From the IMG/VR virus record IMGVR_UViG_3300025087_000048, positions 1 to 64,000 of that record: a DNA stretch of 64,000 nt, one strand, 5' to 3'. Every line of letters starts with the position of its first letter. The stretch's first letter is position 1. The notes below the pieces were generated by a model. The model saw only the letters and a program-made list of their open reading frames with translations. It was not told where the DNA came from and did not search any database. A program made the translations under genes and the position numbers. Source of the stretch: a virus. This document shows, one piece after another, positions 1-9,369 of this stretch.

Positions 1-29
1 TACTTGACCCCGGGGCCAAGTACACTCTC

Positions 30-329
30 GTGATCAAAGCCAAAGTGAGCCGTCGAGAACAAGTACAAGGACACGGATTAGGCTCATGCTCATCCCTGAT
101 CTGGTCTGGAAGAGAGATGCGTCTCAAAGACCGAGCAGTTTCTCCAGACCTCACACACAACACCACCTTGAAAATGGCAAAGAAACGGGCACTCGTAGAC
201 AGTTGTCTCAATACAACGGCAGCCGCTGAGTTCTTCACCCAAGATCTTGATGAATATATTGACCAACAAAAAGACCAGGAAGGAGGAGCACAATCCGAAC
301 TGACAAAACCACGATTCATCAAACCCTAA
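30..329 (+). CDS. Putative single-strand annealing/recombination protein, C-terminal part (probably truncated by the window edge)
   Basis: Motif NTTLKMAKKRALVD...AAAEFFTQDLD resembles a phage Rad52-like annealing-protein motif recalled from memory. Confidence 0.45.
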   Translation: MIKAKVSRREQVQGHGLGSCSSLIWSGREMRLKDRAVSPDLTHNTTLKMAKKRALVDSCLNTTAAAEFFTQDLDEYIDQQKDQEGGAQSELTKPRFIKP

Positions 330-341
330 CAAGGATCAAAA

Positions 342-614
342 ATGACAGACCGTGAACAAGCCATAGAACTCATTGAAAAATGGGCTCACGATCTCCTTGA
401 CGCAAAACGGAAAGGTCCCACAGAGACACACCGTTGGTTACTGTGCTGGGATGGGACCGGTGATGGAACACAGGACTGTGCCTGTTGTATCATGCCAAAT
501 CTTGATCCTCAATTCGCTGGATTGTGCGAATGTATCTGTCACGAGCGCATCGCCTCACTGGCAGATCTGCTCATTCGCTACGCTCAACTTCATACACGGA
601 GACAACTCCAATGA
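342..614 (+). CDS. Hypothetical Cys-rich protein
   Basis: SD AAGGA upstream; CACC and CECICH motifs; ATGA overlap with the next gene. Confidence 0.6.
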   Translation: MTDREQAIELIEKWAHDLLDAKRKGPTETHRWLLCWDGTGDGTQDCACCIMPNLDPQFAGLCECICHERIASLADLLIRYAQLHTRRQLQ

Positions 615-913
615 ACACAACACTCCTCATTCTCGATCCTGGAAAACGAGCCTACATCCCCAAGGAGATGGAACACATGGTCCAAGTGGTTGATTTTGAC
701 AAAGTCAATATCATTCTATCAAATAAGTCATTACAAACTCTGGTCATGCGCGCAGGATACGTACTCAAGAATAAGCCTGGGATAAATCAGCACACACTTT
801 CTCAAGGACAAGTACACTCCAGATGTGCCCCAAAGAAGACCCCACCCCGCGATCACTACGGAGCCATCGTTTCTGGGACAACACCATTTCGCATTACCAA
901 GAGACCGAGGTAA
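611..913 (+). CDS. Hypothetical protein (MNTTLLILDPG...)
   Basis: Start moved to the ATG overlapping the upstream stop. Confidence 0.5.
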   Translation: MNTTLLILDPGKRAYIPKEMEHMVQVVDFDKVNIILSNKSLQTLVMRAGYVLKNKPGINQHTLSQGQVHSRCAPKKTPPRDHYGAIVSGTTPFRITKRPR

Positions 914-919
914 CCAACC

Positions 920-1087
920 ATGGGAATCCTGGAAGCTGTCAATTGGGCGATCATTGCCCTCAATGCAATTGGATTGTTACTTTCAATACCTTCTCCGCCT
1001 GCGGAGCACCTAACACCGCCAGTGCAACAGGAGATCAAACATGATTCACTCACGCATGAATCCATGTCGATCCAGAACGCTCCGTAA
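920..1087 (+). CDS. Small membrane protein, 55 aa (MGILEAVNWAIIALNAIGLLLSIP...)
   Basis: Read manually; GAGG SD; hydrophobic N-terminus; TAATG overlap with the next ORF. Confidence 0.5.
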   Translation: MGILEAVNWAIIALNAIGLLLSIPSPPAEHLTPPVQQEIKHDSLTHESMSIQNAP

Positions 1088-1263
1088 TGAACACCAATAC
1101 ATTACCCCTTGACAATACACTTATCTGCCTGGACTGTGAACAACTCTACCTCCTTTCCATGCTTCCGTGTCCATGCTGTGGAAGCCTGCGAAACTGGCTT
1201 CTTACGAAATGGCTCGAACCTCAACCAGATATAAAGAAAATCGAGGAGGGACGCGATGAGTGA
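1087..1263 (+). CDS. Small zinc-ribbon protein, 58 aa
   Basis: Read manually; CLDC...CPCCGS; coupled to both neighbours. Confidence 0.55.
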   Translation: MNTNTLPLDNTLICLDCEQLYLLSMLPCPCCGSLRNWLLTKWLEPQPDIKKIEEGRDE

Positions 1264-1762
1264 CCGAGCGGACGAGCTAGCGCAGCGACTCGTCAGGGTG
1301 CTGTCGGACGGCGACGGCCATCTCGGGATCGACATCGCCGGCACCTGGTTTGATTGGGACACGTTTGAGTGGATCGGAGCCATTAGGGACGTACAAGATG
1401 TCGCGGATGAACTCGCCGGGAAGCTGGCCACTGCCCTCCGCACCTTCGCCGAGGAGGCAAGCGCCCACTGGAAGCGCGAGGCGGAAAACGGGGCAGCCAT
1501 GCTCGCCGCGATCCACCGGGGGCTTGGGCTGCTCGGGGCAGACGCGGGTGGGATCAGCGCGCAGGACGTGCTTGGCCGCGTAGATCTACTCGCCTCGGAA
1601 GCGAGGCGAGAGGAGCGGGCGGTCATAGAAATTCTGATCCGCATGAGCGAACAGGAGGAATGGCCGAAAAATCTGTGGTTCTCCGGGTTCCTGAGTCGAA
1701 AGGACGCAATTCAGCTCGGCGAGTTGCTCACCGCCATTCAGGCGCGAGGAGAGAAGGGATGA
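1256..1762 (+). CDS. Hypothetical protein
   Basis: Strong SD GAGGAGG; 168 aa; GC-richer than its flanks. Confidence 0.65.
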   Translation: MSDRADELAQRLVRVLSDGDGHLGIDIAGTWFDWDTFEWIGAIRDVQDVADELAGKLATALRTFAEEASAHWKREAENGAAMLAAIHRGLGLLGADAGGISAQDVLGRVDLLASEARREERAVIEILIRMSEQEEWPKNLWFSGFLSRKDAIQLGELLTAIQARGEKG

Positions 1763-1827
1763 AGCCTTCCTGGTGCCACTGCCAAACATGCAGGTGGCGT
1801 CACTGCAAGTGCTGGTGCCACCGATGA
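1759..1827 (+). CDS. 22-aa Cys/His/Trp micro-protein MKPSWCHCQTCRWRHCKCWCHR
   Basis: ATGA overlaps at both ends exactly bridge two genes; GAGGAG SD. Confidence 0.5.
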   Translation: MKPSWCHCQTCRWRHCKCWCHR

Positions 1828-2192
1828 CTCCGCCGACTGACTCCCTCGAGGTCGCGCTGGCGAAGGTGTTGTGCAAAAAATGTGGGCAACCTGCTGTGGC
1901 TCACCCCGCCCGATGCTGCGCTGACACTGCGGCTCCGCATGACTGCGACGACTGGATGCCCTTGACAGATACCCTCGCCACCGCTGTGCGGGAGTGGATG
2001 CGGCAGCAACTTGTTGACCCTGATGTCCTTGCACTTGCGATGTGCCTGGGCGATCCAGACACTTGCCGACTTGGAGACACCGCGTATATCCCGTGCCAAG
2101 GCCATCGAAACGCAGCCAGCTATGTCATGGCCGACGTGGAGCTATGGCTGGGGCTCTCAAAAACCATTCATCCACACATGAAAGGAGAATAA
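1824..2192 (+). CDS. Hypothetical Cys-rich protein
   Basis: Start at the ATGA overlap; CKKCG..H..CC..HDC. Confidence 0.55.
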   Translation: MTPPTDSLEVALAKVLCKKCGQPAVAHPARCCADTAAPHDCDDWMPLTDTLATAVREWMRQQLVDPDVLALAMCLGDPDTCRLGDTAYIPCQGHRNAASYVMADVELWLGLSKTIHPHMKGE

Positions 2193-2195
2193 CGC

Positions 2196-2411
2196 ATGCA
2201 AAAACATTGGTCCCCAACAAAACTGAAATATGTTCAGAATAAGAAATTAGATAAATTCCTTCAGGAGATTGTAGACGTGTGTCATAAATACGGATACTGC
2301 ATTGAGCATGAGGATTCCCTTGGAAGCTTCATCATCCGCCGTGGAACTAACCATGAATGGTTCATGGAAGCCATGGACAATACACAAGAAAAAAGACAGG
2401 AGAAGAAATAA
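2196..2411 (+). CDS. Hypothetical protein
   Basis: SD AAGGAG; 71 aa. Confidence 0.6.
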   Translation: MQKHWSPTKLKYVQNKKLDKFLQEIVDVCHKYGYCIEHEDSLGSFIIRRGTNHEWFMEAMDNTQEKRQEKK

Positions 2412-2752
2412 TGATAGCCATTACACTTCCCAAAGTTATTACCTACTGTGATAAGTACAATCCGGCAATGAAGATTGAAACACAAGATGATGCTGATGCC
2501 TACTTTGAAGCATGCGTCCAGCATAATATGCTCCATGGAACGTCCAGAGAAAAAGCTGAAGCCATTGAACGAGAAAACCTTGGATATTACGCCGGATATT
2601 TCAGTGATGAAGTACAACAACGTGTCAACCGTTTATTTCGTACCAGACATCCAATCTTTGGCATGCATCCCCCAACACCAATAGAAGCTCTGAACATAGG
2701 AATCAAACGTGGACGTAAAAGTAAAAGGGAGGCAAAAGAATGCCACCGGTAG
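2411..2752 (+). CDS. Hypothetical phage protein
   Basis: TAATG overlap; ENLGYYAGY...HPIFG motif. Confidence 0.6.
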   Translation: MIAITLPKVITYCDKYNPAMKIETQDDADAYFEACVQHNMLHGTSREKAEAIERENLGYYAGYFSDEVQQRVNRLFRTRHPIFGMHPPTPIEALNIGIKRGRKSKREAKECHR

Positions 2753-3057
2753 AAGAAACACACGAAACAATTATGAATACTTTGTTTCCTCTGAACTTGG
2801 TGCCCCTTGTTATTACGTTGTTAGATGATGAGTGGCCACCTGTAGCTGAACCAACATTCGTCTTTTGCCCATGTCCTCCCTGTATGGAACAACGCGATGG
2901 AATCACAGATGATAACACCACAAAAGAACTCGTAGAATTAGCCCGCCACGGCAACGAAGAACAGTTTCGTGAACTTGCCGCCTGCCTCATGCCGATTGAA
3001 GACATACAAGAATGCTGGGACGGAGCCCGACAACGATTAAATCTAAACAAAACATAA
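2740..3057 (+). CDS. Hypothetical protein
   Basis: GGAGG SD; CPCPPC. Confidence 0.55.
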   Translation: MPPVEETHETIMNTLFPLNLVPLVITLLDDEWPPVAEPTFVFCPCPPCMEQRDGITDDNTTKELVELARHGNEEQFRELAACLMPIEDIQECWDGARQRLNLNKT

Positions 3058-3070
3058 TAGGGAGACCACC

Positions 3071-3277
3071 GTGATTCTTTTCGTCGCTCCTCGGTACAAC
3101 CCATCCGTTACAACCATGCTGGCTCAGCACTTTGAAAATCAACCTGGAATTCGCATCATTGAAGACCGTCGCACTAAAGAACGTCGGACAAAACCGCTCA
3201 TGATGGAACGCACACGTCGGCATCTTTCCCGCCGTGGGTCCCTGTGGGCATTCAAGGGAGCCTTTATCAATGATTAA
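3071..3277 (+). CDS. Small protein with IIEDRR..ERR motif
   Basis: GGGAG SD, GTG start. Confidence 0.55.
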   Translation: MILFVAPRYNPSVTTMLAQHFENQPGIRIIEDRRTKERRTKPLMMERTRRHLSRRGSLWAFKGAFIND

Positions 3278-3491
3278 ATGGGTATGCGTGTATGCAATTG
3301 AAGGAGGCGCATGCTACAGCTATGAATGCACATTATGCAATGAAAAAATATCAGTTAGCAGTGAAAACGTTAGCGATTACCAAAGTTCTTTATTGGTTCA
3401 ACACTTGAACAGAACACATTTCTGTTGCGACCCTACGACGAATGAGCAAGACTGTGCCGAATTTAGTTCTGACAGACAGTCTGAAAAATGA
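3270..3491 (+). CDS. Hypothetical protein, possible C2H2-type zinc binder
   Basis: CTLC...HLNRTH; start chosen after a GGGAG SD. Confidence 0.45.
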   Translation: MIKWVCVYAIEGGACYSYECTLCNEKISVSSENVSDYQSSLLVQHLNRTHFCCDPTTNEQDCAEFSSDRQSEK

Positions 3492-3706
3492 ATCCGAAAA
3501 TCATCAGTCAAACGGCTGAATACTACCCAAAACAAGATGGAGAGACGTGCACCCTTACGATTGTACTGGTGGAAGGAACGATTGGAGATTATGCCGCCTA
3601 CATCGGTCAGGGTGACCCCGTGTGGGTGGCTCGCTTTGGACAGAAACTACTCTTTGGGGATGCCTGCCGATACTTTCATCTTACTCAAGAGCTCTACCGC
3701 GATTAG
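3488..3706 (+). CDS. Hypothetical protein
   Basis: ATGA overlap; last plus-strand gene; overlaps the convergent kinase 3' end. Confidence 0.6.
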   Translation: MNPKIISQTAEYYPKQDGETCTLTIVLVEGTIGDYAAYIGQGDPVWVARFGQKLLFGDACRYFHLTQELYRD

Positions 3707-4288
3707 TGCCTGAAACTCTTTCAATGTCCCAGTATTGTGAAGTGTCAAATCCCACATGCCATCCGATGTTGCCAAATGTTCAGAGACATGCGTATGGATC
3801 AACTCAGGTTCACAATGAGCTGGACGCACCGCCCGAATTAATATCCCGCCTTGTTCACGAATCACCGAGCATTCATTTTCGAATCGCACATCTGGAACAA
3901 CTACCCGTACCGATGCTTTGATCTGATGCCACTGTCGAGACCACCGGGTCACCCAGTATCCTGGATCGTCAGCCCGTCGAACATTCGTCCCCATTTCCTG
4001 TAATAAACATCGAACCAGAGGCGTCCGATGACGCCAGACAATTTCTTGTAAGGCTTGTTGCACAGTATCAGGTGGATCAGAAGGATAGATCCAACCAACA
4101 TCAAACAAATGAACAATCAATGTCCCTCGAAACTTCTTAATGACTTCCTGTTTCAACGCATCGGCAAATCCAAGGCGAGTATATCCATGATGTTCGACCA
4201 AGTAAGAGGCCACGACATCCTTCCCTGACCCAGAGGCCCCACCAATGCCAATCAACCGTGGGAGGCTATCATCCCCTTGGTTTATCAC
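3647..4288 (-). CDS. Deoxynucleoside monophosphate kinase (T4 gp1-like)
   Basis: P-loop GASGSGKD, FADALK, R.LLQEMGT, VVPDVRFENE; GTG start after AGGAG. Confidence 0.9.
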   Translation of the reverse strand: MINQGDDSLPRLIGIGGASGSGKDVVASYLVEHHGYTRLGFADALKQEVIKKFRGTLIVHLFDVGWIYPSDPPDTVQQALQEIVWRHRTPLVRCLLQEMGTNVRRADDPGYWVTRWSRQWHQIKASVRVVVPDVRFENECSVIREQGGILIRAVRPAHCEPELIHTHVSEHLATSDGMWDLTLHNTGTLKEFQALIAVELLSKMKVSAGIPKE

Positions 4289-4329
4289 TGATCGTCGCTC
4301 CTGAGCCAACTGTGGCCCGTACAGAGGCG

Positions 4330-4515
4330 CTACGGGATGATCTCCAGGCACTTACTGAGTCCCGTATCTGGAATCAGCAATTCTTGAAACTGTTTCACGA
4401 CCATACTCCGGAATTTCTCACACCCTGCCTTTGTCTGTGTCGTCACCGTAATCACGATTGGCCCACCAAATGATGGGAGTGACAACGTAATAATTAATAT
4501 CCACGCAGCCACCAT
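4330..4515 (-). CDS. Small membrane or exported protein
   Basis: Hydrophobic N-terminus; TAATG coupling. Confidence 0.5.
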   Translation of the reverse strand: MVAAWILIITLSLPSFGGPIVITVTTQTKAGCEKFRSMVVKQFQELLIPDTGLSKCLEIIP

Positions 4516-5840
4516 TAGGCACGCCCTCGATGCTGATCCATTGTCTTTGCCATCGCAATCAATCGAATGAGATGCTCTGGACTGGCCTGGCTCGGTGCGT
4601 TATTCATCCACTCAAGGATCGGAGCAAACTTCCTCACTGCCTCGGGGCGAACCACGAACTCACCCTCTTTAGCCGTAATCGGAACGGTCTCAAGCTGTGA
4701 CATCCCACGATTTGGAATCATCCCACCACGATGAAACGGCCCCCCAGGATCTCCTGGACCAGAACTCGCATCACCTGCGCCGCCACCCCCACCGCCTGGA
4801 CCTCCGCCCCCAGGCCCATCACCGCCCCCAGAACCCCCACCACCACTCACTCCCACATCCCCAGGAGGGCCACCAGGTTCGCCTGATTGTCCACTCGTCA
4901 CACCTGTTGGCCCAGTGACTCCTGTATCAATTCCCGGAGGTCCCGTTTCTCCTGTTCCTCCATGCTCCGCTTGAACAGCAAGATCATTAAGCGTCGGAGT
5001 TAATCCAATATTCGGATCAACATCTCCCACACTTGAACGTGGAGCCCGAGCAAGCATAGATAATAAATTCAAATTCTGCATTGCATTATACCCACGAACA
5101 CCTCCAATAATTCCGCCCAATCCGGCATTGACAATTCCAGCAAACGGTCCTCCCAACACCGATAACGCCACATTCGCAACGTTGCTTGCAACAGGGCCAA
5201 GACCTAACGCATCAAGTCCTTGTCCTAACGCTCCACCAAAACTAATTCCTCGCCCTGAAAAGTTTGGAGAGACTGAGAACCCGCCGAATCCAAATCCGCC
5301 ACCAGTCCCACCACCTCCGGGCGGTCCGGACGAATCCTCGCCAGTATCCCCTCCAGCTCCAGTTGATGGCCCTGGTTGCGGACCAAATGCACTGGGCGGA
5401 TATGACCCAACAACCCCTGGTGGTGTGCCGGGCGGATACCCAGGTGGAATCGTCCCACCGGGAGGCGGTGCTGTTCCGCCACCAGGAGGTGGAACCACTG
5501 GGGGTTCAATTAGAGACGGCCCTGGATACGGCCAGACAGGGAACTGATTCACATCCCGATTCGGCCAAAACAACTGCGGAGGCGACTGACGATTCCACCC
5601 AGTGACATCAGGTTGTGGAACGGCTGGCGTCAAATTAAACGGATGATACGTCTGACTGCCTGCTGGACCAGATCCTGGCGTCCATAATCCTGGATTCCCA
5701 GGGGCAAAGTCAGGTTGATTTGCACCAGAAACACCCGCAATATTTCTTTGTTCCCACGGTCGTGGACCCGTAGCACGCCGTTGCTGGCGCATTGATCCGG
5801 GCTGTCCAAAGAGACGTCCGACGAAATCAGAATCACCCAT
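4515..5840 (-). CDS. Gly/Pro-rich, probably virion-associated protein
   Basis: Low complexity; C-terminal FHRGG...VPITAKEGEFVV...A motif of the kind seen in phage tape-measure and internal proteins. Confidence 0.6.
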   Translation of the reverse strand: MGDSDFVGRLFGQPGSMRQQRRATGPRPWEQRNIAGVSGANQPDFAPGNPGLWTPGSGPAGSQTYHPFNLTPAVPQPDVTGWNRQSPPQLFWPNRDVNQFPVWPYPGPSLIEPPVVPPPGGGTAPPPGGTIPPGYPPGTPPGVVGSYPPSAFGPQPGPSTGAGGDTGEDSSGPPGGGGTGGGFGFGGFSVSPNFSGRGISFGGALGQGLDALGLGPVASNVANVALSVLGGPFAGIVNAGLGGIIGGVRGYNAMQNLNLLSMLARAPRSSVGDVDPNIGLTPTLNDLAVQAEHGGTGETGPPGIDTGVTGPTGVTSGQSGEPGGPPGDVGVSGGGGSGGGDGPGGGGPGGGGGGAGDASSGPGDPGGPFHRGGMIPNRGMSQLETVPITAKEGEFVVRPEAVRKFAPILEWMNNAPSQASPEHLIRLIAMAKTMDQHRGRA

Positions 5841-5849
5841 CCCTGCCTC

Positions 5850-6296
5850 CTACAATGCTCGAATAAACGTGTGATTCCCGATCACTGCTAAAACCAATGC
5901 GTCATTCAGCTCACCGGGTACCCCAGGTTTAGCCGCCCATAGTGGTAGTGTACCACCACGAAGAACCTTTGTCAGTTTCACATTCAAATAATGAACAGCC
6001 CCACGAACACGATTCGATCCAGTACACGCATCCTCCCACGCACGAAAACACTCTTGAACAACTCGATCTTGATCATCCAATTTGAATGAAGGAATTCTAT
6101 TCGGATCTCCCGCATTCATTCCGCTAAATTGTTGTTTCCATAATACGGTTCCGGCCATCGTCCCATCACTCATATATTTTAATTTGGTTCGATTTCGCAA
6201 CACCTCGGCGACTCCGACCTTACCTGTATAAGGCTCTCCTCTACTTTCTTGCCAAATAACCAACGTCGCCAATACCTCATCGGTAATCAAGCGCAT
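5850..6296 (-). CDS. Cell wall hydrolase (SleB/Hydrolase_2-like), putative endolysin
   Basis: IWQESRGE..GKVGVAEVLRNR, QFS, GAVHY, IGNHTF. Confidence 0.88.
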   Translation of the reverse strand: MRLITDEVLATLVIWQESRGEPYTGKVGVAEVLRNRTKLKYMSDGTMAGTVLWKQQFSGMNAGDPNRIPSFKLDDQDRVVQECFRAWEDACTGSNRVRGAVHYLNVKLTKVLRGGTLPLWAAKPGVPGELNDALVLAVIGNHTFIRAL

Positions 6297-6510
6297 CAGA
6301 TGTCTCCAATCTATGATTCAAAATACGTAACATTTTTTGATCATCGACACCTGGTAACAAAGTTTTTGGCGGACACATGTCCATAATGCCATCCACTAAC
6401 CGTGTTTGTGTCAAACACATGACACATTCCCACTCATTCCATTGCACGTGTGTTTGCTGCCACTGATCAGCAGTACACACGGGACACTTCAATAACAATG
6501 ATTCGCTCAT
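6277..6510 (-). CDS. Small zinc-binding protein
   Basis: CPVC...CVMC; start moved to MSESLL at the ATGA overlap. Confidence 0.5.
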   Translation of the reverse strand: MSESLLLKCPVCTADQWQQTHVQWNEWECVMCLTQTRLVDGIMDMCPPKTLLPGVDDQKMLRILNHRLETSDALDYR

Positions 6511-6680
6511 GAACTGATCCCCATAAAGGCACCAAGAGCCGCAAGCAAGCCAATGATAATACCGACACTGAGCCACAGAGCCGCCCCGCTCGTGCCAACA
6601 AAAACCATCCGCCATTTCCCGGGCCCTGATATCGTTAACGAGGACCGACGCTCCTGTCCGTCCCACTCACTACGAGGCAT
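6507..6680 (-). CDS. Holin-like single-TM protein, 57 aa
   Basis: Read manually: MPRSEWDGQERR...AALWLSVGIIIGLLAALGAF; overlaps both neighbours; next to the lysin. Confidence 0.5.
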   Translation of the reverse strand: MPRSEWDGQERRSSLTISGPGKWRMVFVGTSGAALWLSVGIIIGLLAALGAFMGISS

Positions 6681-8899
6681 CAGACCACGACTCCGTTAAC
6701 CCTGATCCTGAGTCCAGGGCGCGTCACGATGTCCACGTCCGGTGGCTCCACAGGGGGCGGTGGAGGTGGGGGCGGTGCGGGTGTCCCAATCGCCGACCCG
6801 ACCGAGCAGTGCCGCAGATACTCACGCAGCGCGGGAACGTCAGCTCCCATATCCGTCCCCGTTCCGAACCCATTCGCTGCGAGCGCCGAGAACTCGACGT
6901 CTGACAGAACAGCGAGCTCCGCAGCTACCGGCCCGCCGAGCTGGTCCTGACATGCCGCACCACGCAGCGAGTAGATTGCAGGCCGCGACCCGAAATGCCA
7001 AAGCCCGTGCCCGCGAAGGTACAACGGCATATTCGGAACGATGTCACTCGGTTGCCTCTTCGTAACCCGAAACAGTGCCTCCGCTCCCGTGCAGTTGCCC
7101 CAGATCGACCCATCGTTCCCGATAGCGACCGCTGACAGATACGGAACCGCCATCAGCTTGTCAAGCGGGCCATTGGTAAGCTGCCGATCCTGCCACGCCA
7201 GACCCTCTGGGAAGAACGCACCCTTGTACTCTCCAGTCGCTGAAAATCGGTAGTTCTGCTGCTGCCCCCAGAACGCCACAAAGATGTCGCCCTTCGGGCC
7301 GACCACCCCGTGCACGTCCACGGCGAGCCCCGGGTTCCGCGTGTTCGCGTCGGCCTTCACCGTCGCAAGCGTCTTGACCGTCCCGGCCATGAGGTCGGTC
7401 TTCCGGATGGCAAACGTGTACCGCTCGACCGTGATGAGCGCCGTTTTATCCTCGTCCGCCCAGTCGATGGCCTCGGGGCGCACATAGGAGCACACGCCGA
7501 ACGGCCCGTCCTTGAGGTACTTGGCACGGAGCGCCGCAAGCGCGGCGGGCCCGGCTTCCTGGGTGCTCGACACGTCGTCGTCTGCCCGCACGCCGAGCTC
7601 GGCGTTGGTGGGATTGACGATGCTCTTGACCACCGTCTCGACGGGTCCCTCGCCCTCGGCTCCGTCCTGCGCATTGATTTTGCGGAGAGAGTTGTTCTCG
7701 CGGTCGGTCACGTAGAGGTCGCACGACAGCCCGTCCCTGTACTCGGGATGAACCGTCTTCATCACCACGCCCCATGGCTGGTTGAAGAGGGCGAGGTGTC
7801 GAGGCCCGTCCCGGTGGCCCGCCTCCTTCGTGCGCGAGCCGGCGTAGGTGCGGGCTGTCCATGGGCGGGTCCGGTCAGCGGGGTCCTCGATCGCGTAGAA
7901 CACCCTGTGGTTCAACGTGTCGCCGCCGTACCAGTCGTCACCCCACCGAGGGCATTGGATAACCGACCACGGCTTGTTGAGCCCCGCAGGCCCGTCCAAC
8001 CACATCCCGACCTGCTCGTAGTGCGCCTCATGCCACGCGGAGTACTTCGCCCACCAATCCGAGTCCACAGTGTCGTGGTACGGCATCAGGCGGTCGGCCT
8101 TCAGCCGGCGACCGAGGACAGTCGTCACGTGCCCGGAAAGATCCACGCGTAGAATGCGCCCGCCCACGTTGCAGCCGACGAAGCTGTTGTCCCTCCGATC
8201 GACGACGGCTTGCCACACGTAGCCGATGTTCCCTACATTCCGCGAGCCATCTTTGAACCCAGGCACGATGCTCCCCGCCTTGTCGAACCAGGCGTAAACC
8301 TGGCGCGGCTTGACACAAACGTATCCACCAGGCGTGTCGGTAAACCTCGCAAGTGAGTCTTTCGGGACCGCCATTGCCATACGCTCGACCCACAGCGATG
8401 ACGTAGGAAGGCGTGTCGCGTAAGGCGTCCCAGCACGTGGGATGAGCGGGTCGGGGCGCGGGCCGACGCCTGGCGTGTAACGAACCTTGACCCCGCCAAC
8501 AGAGCAGACGTTGTTCCGCAAGGCATAATTCGTAGGCCCGGTCCAGATATCCTGCTCGCCTACGACGGGCCCGCCACCGTTATCCACCGTGACCTCGATG
8601 CCCTCCGCGACGTGTTGACCGAGCAGGTCCTCGCATGAGAGCCAGTGTGAACCAGGCGAGACGGTGCGCCAGTCACACGCCGCACGCCACACCCCAGCCG
8701 TGCTCGAGATCCAGGCGGTAATCGGTGTGCCGTCAAGGGTGAACCGGACGTCCGCTGTCACGGCCATCGGCCCACCCCCGATCGTGTTGGCGCGCACTTC
8801 GATGGAGTTCAGCCCGCCGACGCGCAAGAAGTACGTGTTGCGCCGGTATGACTGATTCTCGCTCTGGGCGTTCGGATTCCGGAAGACAAGTTGAGCCAT
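6680..8899 (-). CDS. NHL-repeat/beta-propeller-like protein, 739 aa
   Basis: LNKPWSV, GHRDGP...FNQPWGV, LYVTDRENNSLRKI; poly-Pro C-terminal linker; high GC. Confidence 0.6.
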   Translation of the reverse strand: MAQLVFRNPNAQSENQSYRRNTYFLRVGGLNSIEVRANTIGGGPMAVTADVRFTLDGTPITAWISSTAGVWRAACDWRTVSPGSHWLSCEDLLGQHVAEGIEVTVDNGGGPVVGEQDIWTGPTNYALRNNVCSVGGVKVRYTPGVGPRPDPLIPRAGTPYATRLPTSSLWVERMAMAVPKDSLARFTDTPGGYVCVKPRQVYAWFDKAGSIVPGFKDGSRNVGNIGYVWQAVVDRRDNSFVGCNVGGRILRVDLSGHVTTVLGRRLKADRLMPYHDTVDSDWWAKYSAWHEAHYEQVGMWLDGPAGLNKPWSVIQCPRWGDDWYGGDTLNHRVFYAIEDPADRTRPWTARTYAGSRTKEAGHRDGPRHLALFNQPWGVVMKTVHPEYRDGLSCDLYVTDRENNSLRKINAQDGAEGEGPVETVVKSIVNPTNAELGVRADDDVSSTQEAGPAALAALRAKYLKDGPFGVCSYVRPEAIDWADEDKTALITVERYTFAIRKTDLMAGTVKTLATVKADANTRNPGLAVDVHGVVGPKGDIFVAFWGQQQNYRFSATGEYKGAFFPEGLAWQDRQLTNGPLDKLMAVPYLSAVAIGNDGSIWGNCTGAEALFRVTKRQPSDIVPNMPLYLRGHGLWHFGSRPAIYSLRGAACQDQLGGPVAAELAVLSDVEFSALAANGFGTGTDMGADVPALREYLRHCSVGSAIGTPAPPPPPPPPVEPPDVDIVTRPGLRIRVNGVVV

Positions 8900-8928
8900 C
8901 GTGGTTACCTATTCCCGGCCCTCCCAAG

Positions 8929-9369
8929 TCATGGTGCCAGTCCCCGATGGGGTCGTTGGGGTTGAAGCCCCTGCGACTGCTGCTCCCCAATAACATTCAA
9001 CCCTCGAAGTTTCAAACTCAATAAGCCAAGTCCTGATATCTGCTTACGTGTATCCTCATCGAGACGCCAATACAGCGTGACGAGCATCTGCCGCTGTTCA
9101 TCTGTTGGCAATGCATTATTGAAGGTCTGCAATTTCAACTCGTTAAACATGCGCTCATTGTTTGTTTTCATCGTGTCTCGATCGTCGGCAACCCGCTTTG
9201 AGATGCCTGCCTGCGCCGTACGTGCCATGCCCCATTCTTCAATATTTCGCCACACTAACCACGTTTGTCCCACCAGTACCACCAAGATCATGCAAAAAAC
9301 CAGAGTGGACCACTTCATGGCTGGAACACGAAACCGAGAACCATTAATCGGCTGTTCGTTCTCTGCCAT
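8929..9369 (-). CDS. Membrane protein with coiled-coil (possible lysis accessory)
   Basis: TM segment LVFCMILVVLVGQTWLVW. Confidence 0.55.
   Translation of the reverse strand: MAENEQPINGSRFRVPAMKWSTLVFCMILVVLVGQTWLVWRNIEEWGMARTAQAGISKRVADDRDTMKTNNERMFNELKLQTFNNALPTDEQRQMLVTLYWRLDEDTRKQISGLGLLSLKLRGLNVIGEQQSQGLQPQRPHRGLAP

Noticed and set aside
1-26. TTGACC...TACACT promoter and a small hairpin at the window start
   Set aside because: The spacer is only 11 nt and the context is truncated.
1041-1263. Programmed frameshift at ACC CCT TGA
   Set aside because: The zinc-ribbon ORF has its own in-frame ATG at 1087.
4740-5500. Collagen-like repeat
   Set aside because: The region is Gly/Pro-rich but has no sustained Gly-X-Y periodicity.
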